Positions 55,329 through 64,000 of a stretch of DNA of 64,000 bases are shown here, in pieces. Origin of the DNA: Acidimicrobiia bacterium. GTDB lineage: Bacteria > Actinomycetota > Acidimicrobiia > Spongiisociales > UBA5794. The position numbers were made by a program, and so were the translations under genes. The notes under the pieces are model-generated. The model was not told where the DNA came from. It ran no database searches and saw only the letters and a list, made by a program, of their open reading frames with translations. The stretch spans positions 10,918-74,917 of the forward strand of contig JBFISM010000002.1 of the NCBI GenBank assembly GCA_041608535.1. Reading direction: 5' to 3'. Numbering within the stretch: the first letter of the stretch is position 1; each line of letters opens with the position of its first letter.

Positions 55329-56072
55329 GTGACGTTGTCGTCCAATCTGATTCACTATCTGCCCATCGTCTCCACAGCCGTCGCGGCGGCGTTCGGCACC
55401 ATGTTGTGGAGGCATTGGCGTCGCAAGCCGGGTGCGCGATACCTGTTGTGGTGGATGATCGGTGTGATCCTGTACGGCGTGGGGACGGCCACGGAGGCGC
55501 TCACCACACTCTTCGGTTGGCACGAGCCGATCTTCCGCAGTTGGTACGTGGCCGGAGCGCTGTTGGGTGGCGCCCCACTGGCGCAGGGCACGGTGTACCT
55601 GTTGCTGAAACGCAAGACCGCCGACCGGCTCACCGTTGCGATGCTCACCTACATCGCAATCGCCGCCGCCTTCGTCGTCGCTACTCCGCTCGAGCTCAGC
55701 CTTGTTGAGCCCAACCGGCTATCCGGCGAGGTCATGGCCTGGCAGTGGGTACGTCTCTTCTCGCCATTGGTCAACCTCTACGCCGTGGTCTTCTTGGTGG
55801 GCGGCGCCATCTGGTCGGCGGTGCGATATCGCCGCAGCGGTGGCCAGCGCTCCCGCATCGTCGGCAACGTGCTGATCGCTATCGGGGCGATCTTGCCCGG
55901 GATCGGCGGGGGTTTCGCCAGGGCTGGTCTCGTCGAAGTTCTCTATGTGGGCGAGCTGGTGGGTCTCGCCCTCATCTGGGCCGGGTACCGCGCCATGACC
56001 AAGGACACCGCACAGTCGATTCACGAGGTGCAACGGCCAACCACCGTGCGCCAGCTCATGACAACCAGCTGA
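55329..56072 (+). CDS. Hypothetical 7-TM membrane protein
   Basis: About 7 hydrophobic helices, WYVAGALLGGAPLAQGTVYLL; GGAGG upstream. Start uncertain. Confidence 0.75.
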   Translation: MTLSSNLIHYLPIVSTAVAAAFGTMLWRHWRRKPGARYLLWWMIGVILYGVGTATEALTTLFGWHEPIFRSWYVAGALLGGAPLAQGTVYLLLKRKTADRLTVAMLTYIAIAAAFVVATPLELSLVEPNRLSGEVMAWQWVRLFSPLVNLYAVVFLVGGAIWSAVRYRRSGGQRSRIVGNVLIAIGAILPGIGGGFARAGLVEVLYVGELVGLALIWAGYRAMTKDTAQSIHEVQRPTTVRQLMTTS

Positions 56073-56088
56073 TCAGGAGACCCTTGCG

Positions 56089-57150
56089 ATGCACCGATCT
56101 CTGACCGCGCTCGTCCTGTTCGCCGCACTCGCCCTGGGGGCTTGCGGCGGAGGCGACAGCGAATCCGCAACGACCAGTACGACCCAGCCACTTTCCACCA
56201 CCGTCGCCACGACGTCGACCGTGGCGACAACGGCTGCTCCGACCACGACGACAGCCCCGGCGACGACGACCGCGACAGACACCACGGTCGCCGAGGCCGT
56301 AGCGCGAGTCTTCGTGGGCGCCGATGGCGTGGAGACCGTCATCGCCGACACGTCACGGATCGTCTCGCTCAACGGCGATCTCACTGAGATCATCTTCGAG
56401 TTGGGATTGGGGAACAACGTGGTGGGAGTGGACGTGACCACGACCCATCCGCCGGAGGCGGCAGCGCTCAACGACCGGGGGCAGACCGTCGGGTTCGCCC
56501 AGCAGCTGGCTCCCGAGGCCGTACTTCGGTTCGAGCCAACACTGGTTCTCGGCGACCAGCAGGTGGCGCCTCCGGAGGCGATCGAGCAGCTCCGGGCCGC
56601 CGGTGTTCCGGTGGTGATCCTGGAGACGCAGACCACTCTCGATGGCGTCACCACCAAGATCGAGCAGGTTGCCGAGATCCTCGACGTTCCTGAGGAAGGT
56701 GCCGCCTTGGCGGAGCGGGTGCAGGGAGAGATCGACGACGCACGTGCCATGGCCGCCGAGCAGGAAGGCGATCCCAAAGTGGCGTTCGTATATGTGCGAG
56801 GTCCTCAGGTGGTCTTCCTCTTCGGCGAAGGCACACCCACGCAAGCGATGATCGAAGGGGCCGGAGCCATCGACGCCGGCGCCGCGACCGGTGTTTTCGG
56901 CCCGGCGCCACTCACGCCCGAGGCGCTGGTTGCCGCCGCACCGGAGGTCATCGTGCTGCCCGAGGCCGGGCTGGGCGCCCTCGGCGGGGTCGAGGCGTTC
57001 ATGCAGCTTCCCGGAGTCGCAGAGACACCGGCTGCGGCCAACGAGGCCTTTCTCGCCTACGACGAGGCATATTTCTTCAACCTGGGTCCCCGTACCGGGC
57101 AGGCGCTGGCGGAGTTCATCGGCGACCTCTACGACCTCACCGGGGGGTGA
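56089..57150 (+). CDS. Heme/iron-chelate ABC substrate-binding lipoprotein (HmuT-like)
   Basis: LGAC lipobox, Thr-rich linker, RIVSLNGDLTEIIFELG, FVYVRG, LGPRTG. Confidence 0.85.
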   Translation: MHRSLTALVLFAALALGACGGGDSESATTSTTQPLSTTVATTSTVATTAAPTTTTAPATTTATDTTVAEAVARVFVGADGVETVIADTSRIVSLNGDLTEIIFELGLGNNVVGVDVTTTHPPEAAALNDRGQTVGFAQQLAPEAVLRFEPTLVLGDQQVAPPEAIEQLRAAGVPVVILETQTTLDGVTTKIEQVAEILDVPEEGAALAERVQGEIDDARAMAAEQEGDPKVAFVYVRGPQVVFLFGEGTPTQAMIEGAGAIDAGAATGVFGPAPLTPEALVAAAPEVIVLPEAGLGALGGVEAFMQLPGVAETPAAANEAFLAYDEAYFFNLGPRTGQALAEFIGDLYDLTGG

Positions 57151-58184
57151 CGCCAGAGACGGTCATCGAGCGTGAGAGGATTCTCTCCAGCCGGCGCCGG
57201 TGGGCGGGCGCCGGGTTCGGTGTCGGTCTGGCCGCCATCGCGTGGATGGCTCTGTCTCTCGGCGCCGTGCGCATCCCGGCTGCCGAGGTCGTGGGTGTTC
57301 TCGGCGAACGGATCGGTCTGACCGTCGGTGACCCTCCCGGACGGCAGGCAGACGCCGTCGTCTGGGGCATCCGCATGCCTCGGCTGCTCCTCGGCGTCTC
57401 GGTCGGTGCGGCGCTCGCTCTGGTGGGTGGTGTCCTGCAAGGTCTGCTTCGCAACGAGCTCGCCGACCCGCATCTGCTTGGCATCGGCCCGGGCGCCGGC
57501 ATCGGTGCTGCGCTCGGGTCGGCGGCCGGCGGGGTGCAAGGTGCGATCGCCGGGGGTGTCGCCGCCGGCGTGATCACCGCGTTTGCCATTCGACGGCTCG
57601 CCAGCCGGGCGGCCATCGATCCCACCCGCATCGTCCTCTCCGGGGTTGCGTTGGGTGCGGTGCTCAGCGCCTGGGTGGGTTTCATCGTGTTCGCTGCAGA
57701 CCGGGCCACGGTGCCACCCATCGAGTTCTGGCTGTTGGGGAGTCTCACCGGTGCGACGTGGCGCGCCTTCGGCACCACGGTCGTCTTCGTGGTCATCACT
57801 GCCGTCGTCATGCTGGCATCCGGCCGGATGCTCGACGTTCTCGCCCTCGGCGACGCCGACGCCAGACATCTCGGCATCGACGTCGATCTCGTGCGCACCG
57901 TTCTGCTCATCGCCGCCGGTGGTGCGGTGGGCGCCACGGTGGGCGCAGTCGGCGTGGTGGTCTTCGTGGGCCTTCTCGTCCCATTCGTGGTGCGGCGCAT
58001 CGCGGGTCCCGTGCACCGTCATCTGCTCCCGATGGCGATGCTGGGTGGGGCATGTTTCGTGGTGGCGTCGGACCAGGTGGCTCGGCTCGCGCTGGAACCG
58101 ATCGAGATTCCGGTTGGCCTGGTGACGGCCGCGGTGGGAGGTCCCCTGTTCTTGTGGCTGTTGACGAGGCGCCGCAATGGCTGA
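57147..58184 (+). CDS. FecCD/HmuU family ABC permease
   Basis: IRMPR, LQGLLRNELADP, FWLLGSL, FVGLLVP, EIPVG. Confidence 0.92.
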   Translation: MTPETVIERERILSSRRRWAGAGFGVGLAAIAWMALSLGAVRIPAAEVVGVLGERIGLTVGDPPGRQADAVVWGIRMPRLLLGVSVGAALALVGGVLQGLLRNELADPHLLGIGPGAGIGAALGSAAGGVQGAIAGGVAAGVITAFAIRRLASRAAIDPTRIVLSGVALGAVLSAWVGFIVFAADRATVPPIEFWLLGSLTGATWRAFGTTVVFVVITAVVMLASGRMLDVLALGDADARHLGIDVDLVRTVLLIAAGGAVGATVGAVGVVVFVGLLVPFVVRRIAGPVHRHLLPMAMLGGACFVVASDQVARLALEPIEIPVGLVTAAVGGPLFLWLLTRRRNG

Positions 58185-58998
58185 GTCCTTCGTGCAGGTG
58201 GAGGCGGTGAGCTTTCGCATCGGCGATGCACTGCTCGTACGGGACGTCTCCTTGGACGTGCGGCCGGGGGAGCGGGTGGCCATCGTCGGTCCCAACGGTG
58301 CGGGTAAGTCCACTCTGCTGCACCTCGTCGCCGGGGATCTCGCCCCGAGCACGGGTCGGGTGCTTCTCGACGGCGCCGACGTCGCCCAGCGGTCGTTCGA
58401 TGAGCTGGCGAGGCTGCGGTCGATGCTCACGCAACGGAGCGTCATCGACGTCCCCTATACAGCTGCTCAGATCGTCGCCATGGGTCGTTTTCCGCACCGT
58501 CACGATGCCAACAACACGAGCAGCCTCGACCAGGCGGCCGTCCGCAGGGCCATGGCCGTGACCGACACCACCCGTTTCTCCACACGTGTTTTCGGCACCC
58601 TCTCGGGCGGCGAGAAAACGCGTGTGTCCCTGGCGAGAGTGCTGGCCCAGGAGGCTCCGATCGTGCTGCTCGACGAACCGACCACGGCGCTCGACCTGGC
58701 GCACCAGCAGCGGGTTCTGCGGACGGTTGGTTCGCTTGGCGCAGAGGGGCGGGCGGTCATCGCCGTGCTGCACGACCTGAACTCGGCAGCAGCCTTTGCC
58801 GACGTGATCCACATCATGCACGGCGGGTCCATCGTCGCCTTCGGCGACCCCAAGGCCGTGTTGTCCACCGCGCTGCTGAGCGACGTGTTCGCCACCCCGT
58901 TGATCGTCGTAGATCATCCCTTGCACGATGGACCGCTGGTGCTCCCGGCTCGACACCAAGGCACCCATGACCGGTCTCGGCGAGACGGGTCGCGCTAG
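58177..58998 (+). CDS. Heme ABC ATP-binding protein (HmuV-like)
   Basis: GPNGAGKST, LSGGEKTRVSLARVLAQ, LDEPTTALD, LHDLN. Confidence 0.9.
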   Translation: MAESFVQVEAVSFRIGDALLVRDVSLDVRPGERVAIVGPNGAGKSTLLHLVAGDLAPSTGRVLLDGADVAQRSFDELARLRSMLTQRSVIDVPYTAAQIVAMGRFPHRHDANNTSSLDQAAVRRAMAVTDTTRFSTRVFGTLSGGEKTRVSLARVLAQEAPIVLLDEPTTALDLAHQQRVLRTVGSLGAEGRAVIAVLHDLNSAAAFADVIHIMHGGSIVAFGDPKAVLSTALLSDVFATPLIVVDHPLHDGPLVLPARHQGTHDRSRRDGSR

Positions 58999-59948
58999 GC
59001 GACTCTCGAGGTGCGGAAGCTGGTGCGGTATGTGCCCGGCGGGACGCCCACCACCCTGCGGAAGTGCAGCCGCATGTTGGTCGCCGTGCCGAAGCCGCTG
59101 TCGACGGCGATCCAATCGATGGTCGCATCGGTGGTCTCCAGCATGCGCTGTGCCAACCGGACCCGCTCCAAGACGAGCCACTGATGTGGCGTCGTTCCGG
59201 TGGTCTCCCGGAAACGGCGGGCGAAGGTGCGGGGACTCATCGCGGCCTGGCGGGCCATATCTTCCACCGTGATCGGTTCGGCGGCATTCGCCCGGGCCCA
59301 ATCCAGGGTCTCGTTGAGGAGATCTGCGTCAGGTGGTGAGGCTATCGGCTGCTCGATGTACTGTGCCTGGCCGCCGTCGCGATGGGGTGGAACGACGAGC
59401 CGGCGCGCCAGGGAGTTGGCGACTTCGGCACCGTGGTCCTTGCGGACGAGATGGAGACAGAGGTCGATACCGGACGCCGCCCCGGCAGACGTGGCGATGC
59501 CGTCTTCGTCGATGTAGAGCACGTTGGGATCTACCTCGATCCCGGGATACTTCTGGAGCTCCGTGACACGTCGCCAGTGCGTGGTGGCCCGGCGGCCCTC
59601 GAGCAGACCCGCCTCGGCGAGGGCGAACGCACCGGTGCAGATCGACACGATCTCCGCTCCGCGCTCGTGCTCCCTAACCAGTGCATCCAGCAGCTCGGCC
59701 GGATATGGCCCGTCGAGGATCGGGGGGACGATGATCCGGTCGACTCCGGAGAGATCTTCGAGGCCGTAGGGCGTATCGATTGTGAAACCCGCTGCGGTCG
59801 TGACGGGCGCCGGCCCTGCGGCAACGAGCTTGAAGTCGTACCACCCCTCCGCCAGGTCGTGCCGGGGGGTACCGAACACCTCGATGGTGACGCCCAGTTC
59901 GAAGAGCTCGACACCCTCCGGCAGCACTGTCGCCACGGTTCGGACCAT
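58995..59948 (-). CDS. GlxA-family AraC regulator (DJ-1/PfpI + HTH)
   Basis: SICTGAF, ATTHW, TSAG, PPHRDGGQAQY, MSPRTFARRF. Confidence 0.93.
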   Translation of the reverse strand: MVRTVATVLPEGVELFELGVTIEVFGTPRHDLAEGWYDFKLVAAGPAPVTTAAGFTIDTPYGLEDLSGVDRIIVPPILDGPYPAELLDALVREHERGAEIVSICTGAFALAEAGLLEGRRATTHWRRVTELQKYPGIEVDPNVLYIDEDGIATSAGAASGIDLCLHLVRKDHGAEVANSLARRLVVPPHRDGGQAQYIEQPIASPPDADLLNETLDWARANAAEPITVEDMARQAAMSPRTFARRFRETTGTTPHQWLVLERVRLAQRMLETTDATIDWIAVDSGFGTATNMRLHFRRVVGVPPGTYRTSFRTSRVA

Positions 59949-59982
59949 GGCAGGATTCTTACGTATATTGGCGTTTCTGTCA
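59948..59982. promoter_or_regulatory. Candidate AraC/GlxA operator in the divergent promoter
   Basis: TGGC repeated 21 bp apart (59948, 59969); outer dyad TGGCAGGA...TTCTGTCA; AT-rich island. Confidence 0.5.
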
Positions 59983-60040
59983 ATAGCGGATCGCGGTGGG
60001 TCATGAGAGATTGCGCACAAGACGCCAAAGGAGCCTCACC

Positions 60041-60529
60041 ATGCTGCTGCACCCACTCCTCGCCACGGACCTTGCCGCCACGATCATCGACGATCGCCTT
60101 GCACATGCGGCTCGACTGCGAGAGGGCAGTGTGGGTGCGCTCCCGGCCCCGACTCCCACCGTGGCGTCCCCGCTCGCGGTCGTGGCCGATCCCGACGGTG
60201 CGAACACCGACTTGGTGGGATTGCTGCGTCGAACCGGCGACCTGTTGGTGCGAGCCCCGGCGGCGCCGGCGCATGCGGAAAGAATCGAGGACGTTGTCAA
60301 TCAGCTGCTCGCAGCCGTCGAAGCCACCGGTCGGGTGGTGCCACCACGGGTGCATCATCTCGACCCCCCGATCGTCATCGCCCGCACGCTCGGACGACTG
60401 GCGGAAGCGGTCGCCGGGGGCAACCTGGAGATCGACAAGCACCGGGCCAAGGCGATCGAAGCGGCGTTGTTCGACCAAGCTGCCGGCGAGATCGTGGCGG
60501 CCACAGCCAGTCACCACAGAGCCGCCTAG
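60041..60529 (+). CDS. Hypothetical protein, divergent from the GlxA regulator
   Basis: AAGGAG RBS, open frame, predicted helical. Confidence 0.65.
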   Translation: MLLHPLLATDLAATIIDDRLAHAARLREGSVGALPAPTPTVASPLAVVADPDGANTDLVGLLRRTGDLLVRAPAAPAHAERIEDVVNQLLAAVEATGRVVPPRVHHLDPPIVIARTLGRLAEAVAGGNLEIDKHRAKAIEAALFDQAAGEIVAATASHHRAA

Positions 60530-60607
60530 CTCCCAGGCCACTCGACGGCCATCCCCGTGCAGGCGCCGGCGAGATCGGCCGCCCAGAGTTCCCGGTAGCC
60601 TTCCGGG

Positions 60608-61690
60608 ATGGCACCGCTGCCCACAGAAGACATCATCCGCCAAGCACCCAAGGTCGTGCTCCACGATCACCTGGATGGCGGGTTGCGTCCCGGAACGATC
60701 GTCGACCTCGCCGAAGAAGCCGGATACGACCAGCTCCCAACGCACGACCCGGCTGAGCTGGCGGCGTGGTTCACCGAGGGGGCCAACCGGCGCGACCTCG
60801 TGCTCTACCTGGAGACGTTTCAGCACACCGTCGCCGTGACGCAGACCAAGGATGCGCTCGCTCGTGTGGCACGAGAGTGCGCCGAGGATCTCGCCGCCGA
60901 TGGCGTGGTGTACGCCGAAGTGCGCTTCGTCCCAGAGCTGCATCTCGAGGGTGGGCTGACGCTGGACGAGGTCGTCGAGGCAGTGCTCGCCGGCTTCGCC
61001 GAGGGTTCGGCGGCAACGGGCATCACCGTTGGAGTGCTGTGCACCGCAATGCGGACCGCGGCTCGCTCCACGGAGATCGCCGGGCTGGCCATCCGTCACC
61101 GCGACGAAGGCGTGGTGGGATTCGATATCGCCGGTGCCGAGGCGGGGTTTCCACCAACTCGTCATCTCGACGCCTTCCAGCTCATCCAGCGCGAGAACGG
61201 GCACATCACGATCCACGCCGGTGAGGCGTTCGGGCTGCAGTCGATCTGGGAAGCGGTCCAGTTCTGCGGCGCCGAGCGGCTGGGTCACGGAGTCCGCATC
61301 GTCGACGACATCAGTGTGGCCGACGACGGCACCGCAACACTGGGGAGGCTGGCGAGCTTCGTGCGCGACCGCCGCATCCCGCTCGAGATGTGCCCCTGGT
61401 CCAACGTCCACACCGGTGCTGCGGAGTCGATCGAGACCCATCCCATCAGACTCCTCGCCGACTTGCGGTTCCGCGTGACCGTCAACACCGACAACCGCCT
61501 CATGTCGGGAACGTCGATGACCAACGAGTTCGCATCGCTGGTCGAGGTGCACGGCTGGGACCTCGCCAAGATCGAGTGGCTCACCATCAATGCGATGAAA
61601 TCGTCGTTCTGGCCCTTCGACGAACGTCTCGACATCATCAACCACGTCATCAAACCCGGCTACGCGGCTCTTCGAGCTTTTGTGGTCTGA
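60608..61690 (+). CDS. add: Adenosine deaminase
   Basis: [41 protein letters not shown]. Confidence 0.95.
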   Translation: MAPLPTEDIIRQAPKVVLHDHLDGGLRPGTIVDLAEEAGYDQLPTHDPAELAAWFTEGANRRDLVLYLETFQHTVAVTQTKDALARVARECAEDLAADGVVYAEVRFVPELHLEGGLTLDEVVEAVLAGFAEGSAATGITVGVLCTAMRTAARSTEIAGLAIRHRDEGVVGFDIAGAEAGFPPTRHLDAFQLIQRENGHITIHAGEAFGLQSIWEAVQFCGAERLGHGVRIVDDISVADDGTATLGRLASFVRDRRIPLEMCPWSNVHTGAAESIETHPIRLLADLRFRVTVNTDNRLMSGTSMTNEFASLVEVHGWDLAKIEWLTINAMKSSFWPFDERLDIINHVIKPGYAALRAFVV

Positions 61691-61801
61691 TCACTCGCCG
61701 CACACAGGCTGCAACATCGGTGCTGTCTTACGATCGGCCCTGCTCGAGCCTTGATGGGTGTGAGAAGTCAGTCGCTTCAGCCCAACGGCGGCAGGTGGTC
61801 G

Positions 61802-62269
61802 ATGTCCTTCGATGACAAACCGATCGAGGCGTTCCGCAAGTTCGTTGCCGGCAACGAAGCCGGGCTGCGGCATGCCCTGACGGCTGCGTTGGGCGCCGAG
61901 CTGGGCCGGGAAGCCGCTGCCGAGGCGCTTGCCTACGGCTGGGAGAGTTGGGATCGGGTGGCGGCTATGGACAACGCCGCCGGCTATCTCTACCGGGTCG
62001 GACTCAACTGGGGCCGCAAACGAAGTCGGCGACGTCCCGTGTCCTTGCCAGAACTGTCGACGCCGGGTGTCCCGTGGATCGAGCCGGGTCTGTCCCTGGC
62101 GTTGGCGCAGCTGTCCGACAAGCAGCGCACGGCGATCTACCTGGTCCACGGTCACGAATGGTCACTTGCCGAGGTGGCTGAGCTGCTCGGTGTGGCCAAG
62201 GGCACCGTGCAGACCCATCTCGAGCGGGGCATGCAGCGCTTGCGCCGCGAGCTGGGTGTGGAGGTATGA
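61802..62269 (+). CDS. ECF sigma factor (SigE-like)
   Basis: EAAAEAL..GW..W, YLYRV, LSDKQR, EVAELLG..GTV. Confidence 0.88.
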   Translation: MSFDDKPIEAFRKFVAGNEAGLRHALTAALGAELGREAAAEALAYGWESWDRVAAMDNAAGYLYRVGLNWGRKRSRRRPVSLPELSTPGVPWIEPGLSLALAQLSDKQRTAIYLVHGHEWSLAEVAELLGVAKGTVQTHLERGMQRLRRELGVEV

Positions 62270-63876
62270 CGATGAAGCTCACCGATCAAATCCGCGAGTA
62301 TGCGGCGCTCGTCGACGCCGAGCAGACTCCGATCTCCGTTGAGGAGATCGTCGCCCGGCGAGACGATCTCGCCGTGGTGCGCACCCTTCCACGACCACGA
62401 GCCACAACGCAGTCGGGCGGTCTGTGGATTGCAGCCGCAGCCGCCGTGGTGACGATCGTGCTCATCGGTGCTGCTGCGCTCTTGCTGCGCGGATCGTCGA
62501 GCGTTCCTCCTGCCGACACAGTTCCCGATCCGATCCCACCGCTCACCGACTCGCTGTTCGCTCCTGTCGAGACGCCGACCGGTTTCGTGCTCCAATCAGT
62601 GGAGTTCAACCAGCAAGAAGACGACAGCCATTTCGTCTACTTGCGGGATACCGGCAGCCAGCGGTGGGTCCCGAGTGCCGGAGGGTTCTCTGTCGATGCA
62701 CGACCTCGGCTGCTCGCCGCCGACGGTGACGGAGCGCCGGGCAACGCGGTCGTCGCTGCTCGAGCACGGCTCGAGGCGGCGCTGGACACGGCCGGCGCTG
62801 AGGCCGTCGAGATCGCCGGGCAGGAGGCCGTCTTGCTGGAGACGACTTTCGAGCAGTCCGACGTCTCGGCAACCCACCTCTCGCTTCTCGTCCACGACGG
62901 ATCCGGTGGGATGTTCGAGGTGACCGCGGTCGGATTGAGTCGAGAAGAGGTGGTCGAGCTCGGCGCATCGATAGGCCGGGTGGATGCGGAGGAGCTCGAA
63001 GAACAGGCGCTTGCGCTGCCCTGGTCGCACCGTGCGGTGGTCTTCCACCGAGACTTCGTGTACGAGGTGCCACCGCAGCTGGAATCGGTCATGGCCGCGG
63101 GGTCGAGAGTTGTGCTGGGAGTCGACCTCTTCACACCGCGTCTGCTCAGCGGTGGCGCAGCAACGAGGTCGAATCTCGGCCACGTGTACGTGGCTGCGGA
63201 CGGCCGGGATGCGGGTTCGGTTGCGGCGACACTGGCCGGCGCCGCCGGGGTGTTGAGCGTCGTGCAATCCCCGGCGCTGGCTCGAGCCCATGTAAAGATG
63301 CTCGTCACCGTCGCCGAGAGTGGTCCCATCCTCGGCGAGGATCCCCTGGTCCGCCAGGCGGCGATGAGCGCCGAGCCGGGGTTCGACGCGAGCGAACTCG
63401 GGGTCGAGGTTCCGCTGGTGCCTCTCACCGCGGCACCGTCGCTGCCCGATTGGATACTCGCCGAAGACGATCCCGCCCGCTATCGGCCGGGTCCCACCGG
63501 GATCGTCGTGATCGGACGGGTGGTTGCTCCGGGCGCTACCGATGATCCGTTGCTGCTCTCGTGGATCACCGGAACCGACGAGTGGTGCCGGGCCACCGTC
63601 TTTGCCACGAGCGGTGGCACGGGGTGTACGCCTGTAGGGCCGTTCCAATACGGCGTGGTTGGAGAGCTCACCGGTGAAGGTGATGCCCTGACCTATGTCG
63701 TTCCGTTGAACACCGCGGTCGTTCAGTTCGTGACCAGGGATGGGTCGTTCTGGCAGCAGCCCGTGGCCGGCCTCGGTCTCTTCCCGTACGGCAACGGCGT
63801 ACTGCGACCGGTGGAGTTGATCGCACTCGACGCTACCGGCGGCGAGATCGGGCGCTGGACCGTGAGCGACGGTTGA
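62266..63876 (+). CDS. Putative membrane-anchored anti-sigma / hypothetical protein
   Basis: ATGA overlap with the ECF gene, single TM, large extracytoplasmic region. Confidence 0.65.
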   Translation: MTMKLTDQIREYAALVDAEQTPISVEEIVARRDDLAVVRTLPRPRATTQSGGLWIAAAAAVVTIVLIGAAALLLRGSSSVPPADTVPDPIPPLTDSLFAPVETPTGFVLQSVEFNQQEDDSHFVYLRDTGSQRWVPSAGGFSVDARPRLLAADGDGAPGNAVVAARARLEAALDTAGAEAVEIAGQEAVLLETTFEQSDVSATHLSLLVHDGSGGMFEVTAVGLSREEVVELGASIGRVDAEELEEQALALPWSHRAVVFHRDFVYEVPPQLESVMAAGSRVVLGVDLFTPRLLSGGAATRSNLGHVYVAADGRDAGSVAATLAGAAGVLSVVQSPALARAHVKMLVTVAESGPILGEDPLVRQAAMSAEPGFDASELGVEVPLVPLTAAPSLPDWILAEDDPARYRPGPTGIVVIGRVVAPGATDDPLLLSWITGTDEWCRATVFATSGGTGCTPVGPFQYGVVGELTGEGDALTYVVPLNTAVVQFVTRDGSFWQQPVAGLGLFPYGNGVLRPVELIALDATGGEIGRWTVSDG

Positions 63877-63902
63877 CCTGACCCTCTCCGCCGAGCCCGG
63901 CG

Positions 63903-64000
63903 TTACTGCGCCGGGGACGTGAGCTGCTCTGCCATGACCTCGCGCAGCAGATCCATGGCCTCGATGATCTTCGGTGAGGCGAGCGAGTAATACACGAAGT
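63903..64000 (-). CDS. C-terminus of an ArsR/SmtB-family regulator (partial)
   Basis: Minus strand reads FVYYSLASPKIIEAMDLLREVMAEQLTSPAQ-stop. Confidence 0.6.
   Translation of the reverse strand, partial: FVYYSLASPKIIEAMDLLREVMAEQLTSPAQ

Noticed and set aside
56160-56290. ACC/ACG-rich repetitive tract
   Set aside because: It encodes the Thr-rich lipoprotein linker and is not a DNA repeat element.
1-64000. Many long overlapping or antisense ORFs in the six-frame track (e.g. 59531-61645 -, 37300-39147 -, 21170-22591 +)
   Set aside because: They are shadows of real genes in high-GC DNA, many Arg/Pro/Gly-rich, with no family motifs.
1-64000. CRISPR arrays, tRNA/rRNA, transposases, integrases, prophage genes
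   Set aside because: No repeat-spacer periodicity, cloverleaf or mobile-element motifs were seen by eye.

Overview
High-GC, densely coding bacterial window. Gene content (F420-dependent LLM enzyme, SARP/BTAD regulators, SCO6745-like and DUF3054-like proteins, SigB/SigF, leaderless starts) points to an actinobacterium, possibly Acidimicrobiia (inference). Main blocks: an RPH-like PEP-utilising phosphotransferase near plsY; a tryptophan/kynurenine operon (nbaC, ACMSD, kynU, kmo, kynA, plus a divergent RidA-family deaminase); a Tat-exported amidase; SARP, ECF and two-component regulators; an SDR plus QueA-like operon behind a MerR/SoxR-type promoter; a HisA-like::VOC fusion; a BNR-repeat plus MoaD pair; a SAM-I riboswitch in tandem with a Met/Cys leader peptide upstream of a single-Cys OsmC-like gene; a PAP2 / pseudo-PAP2-kinase / lipoprotein / flippase operon; a BMP-type ABC transporter; a SigB/SigF stress island with three matching promoters; a heme-type ABC transporter; adenosine deaminase; and two ECF/anti-sigma pairs. 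I saw no rRNA, tRNA, CRISPR array or mobile element. All family calls come from motif recognition by eye; no database searches were run.
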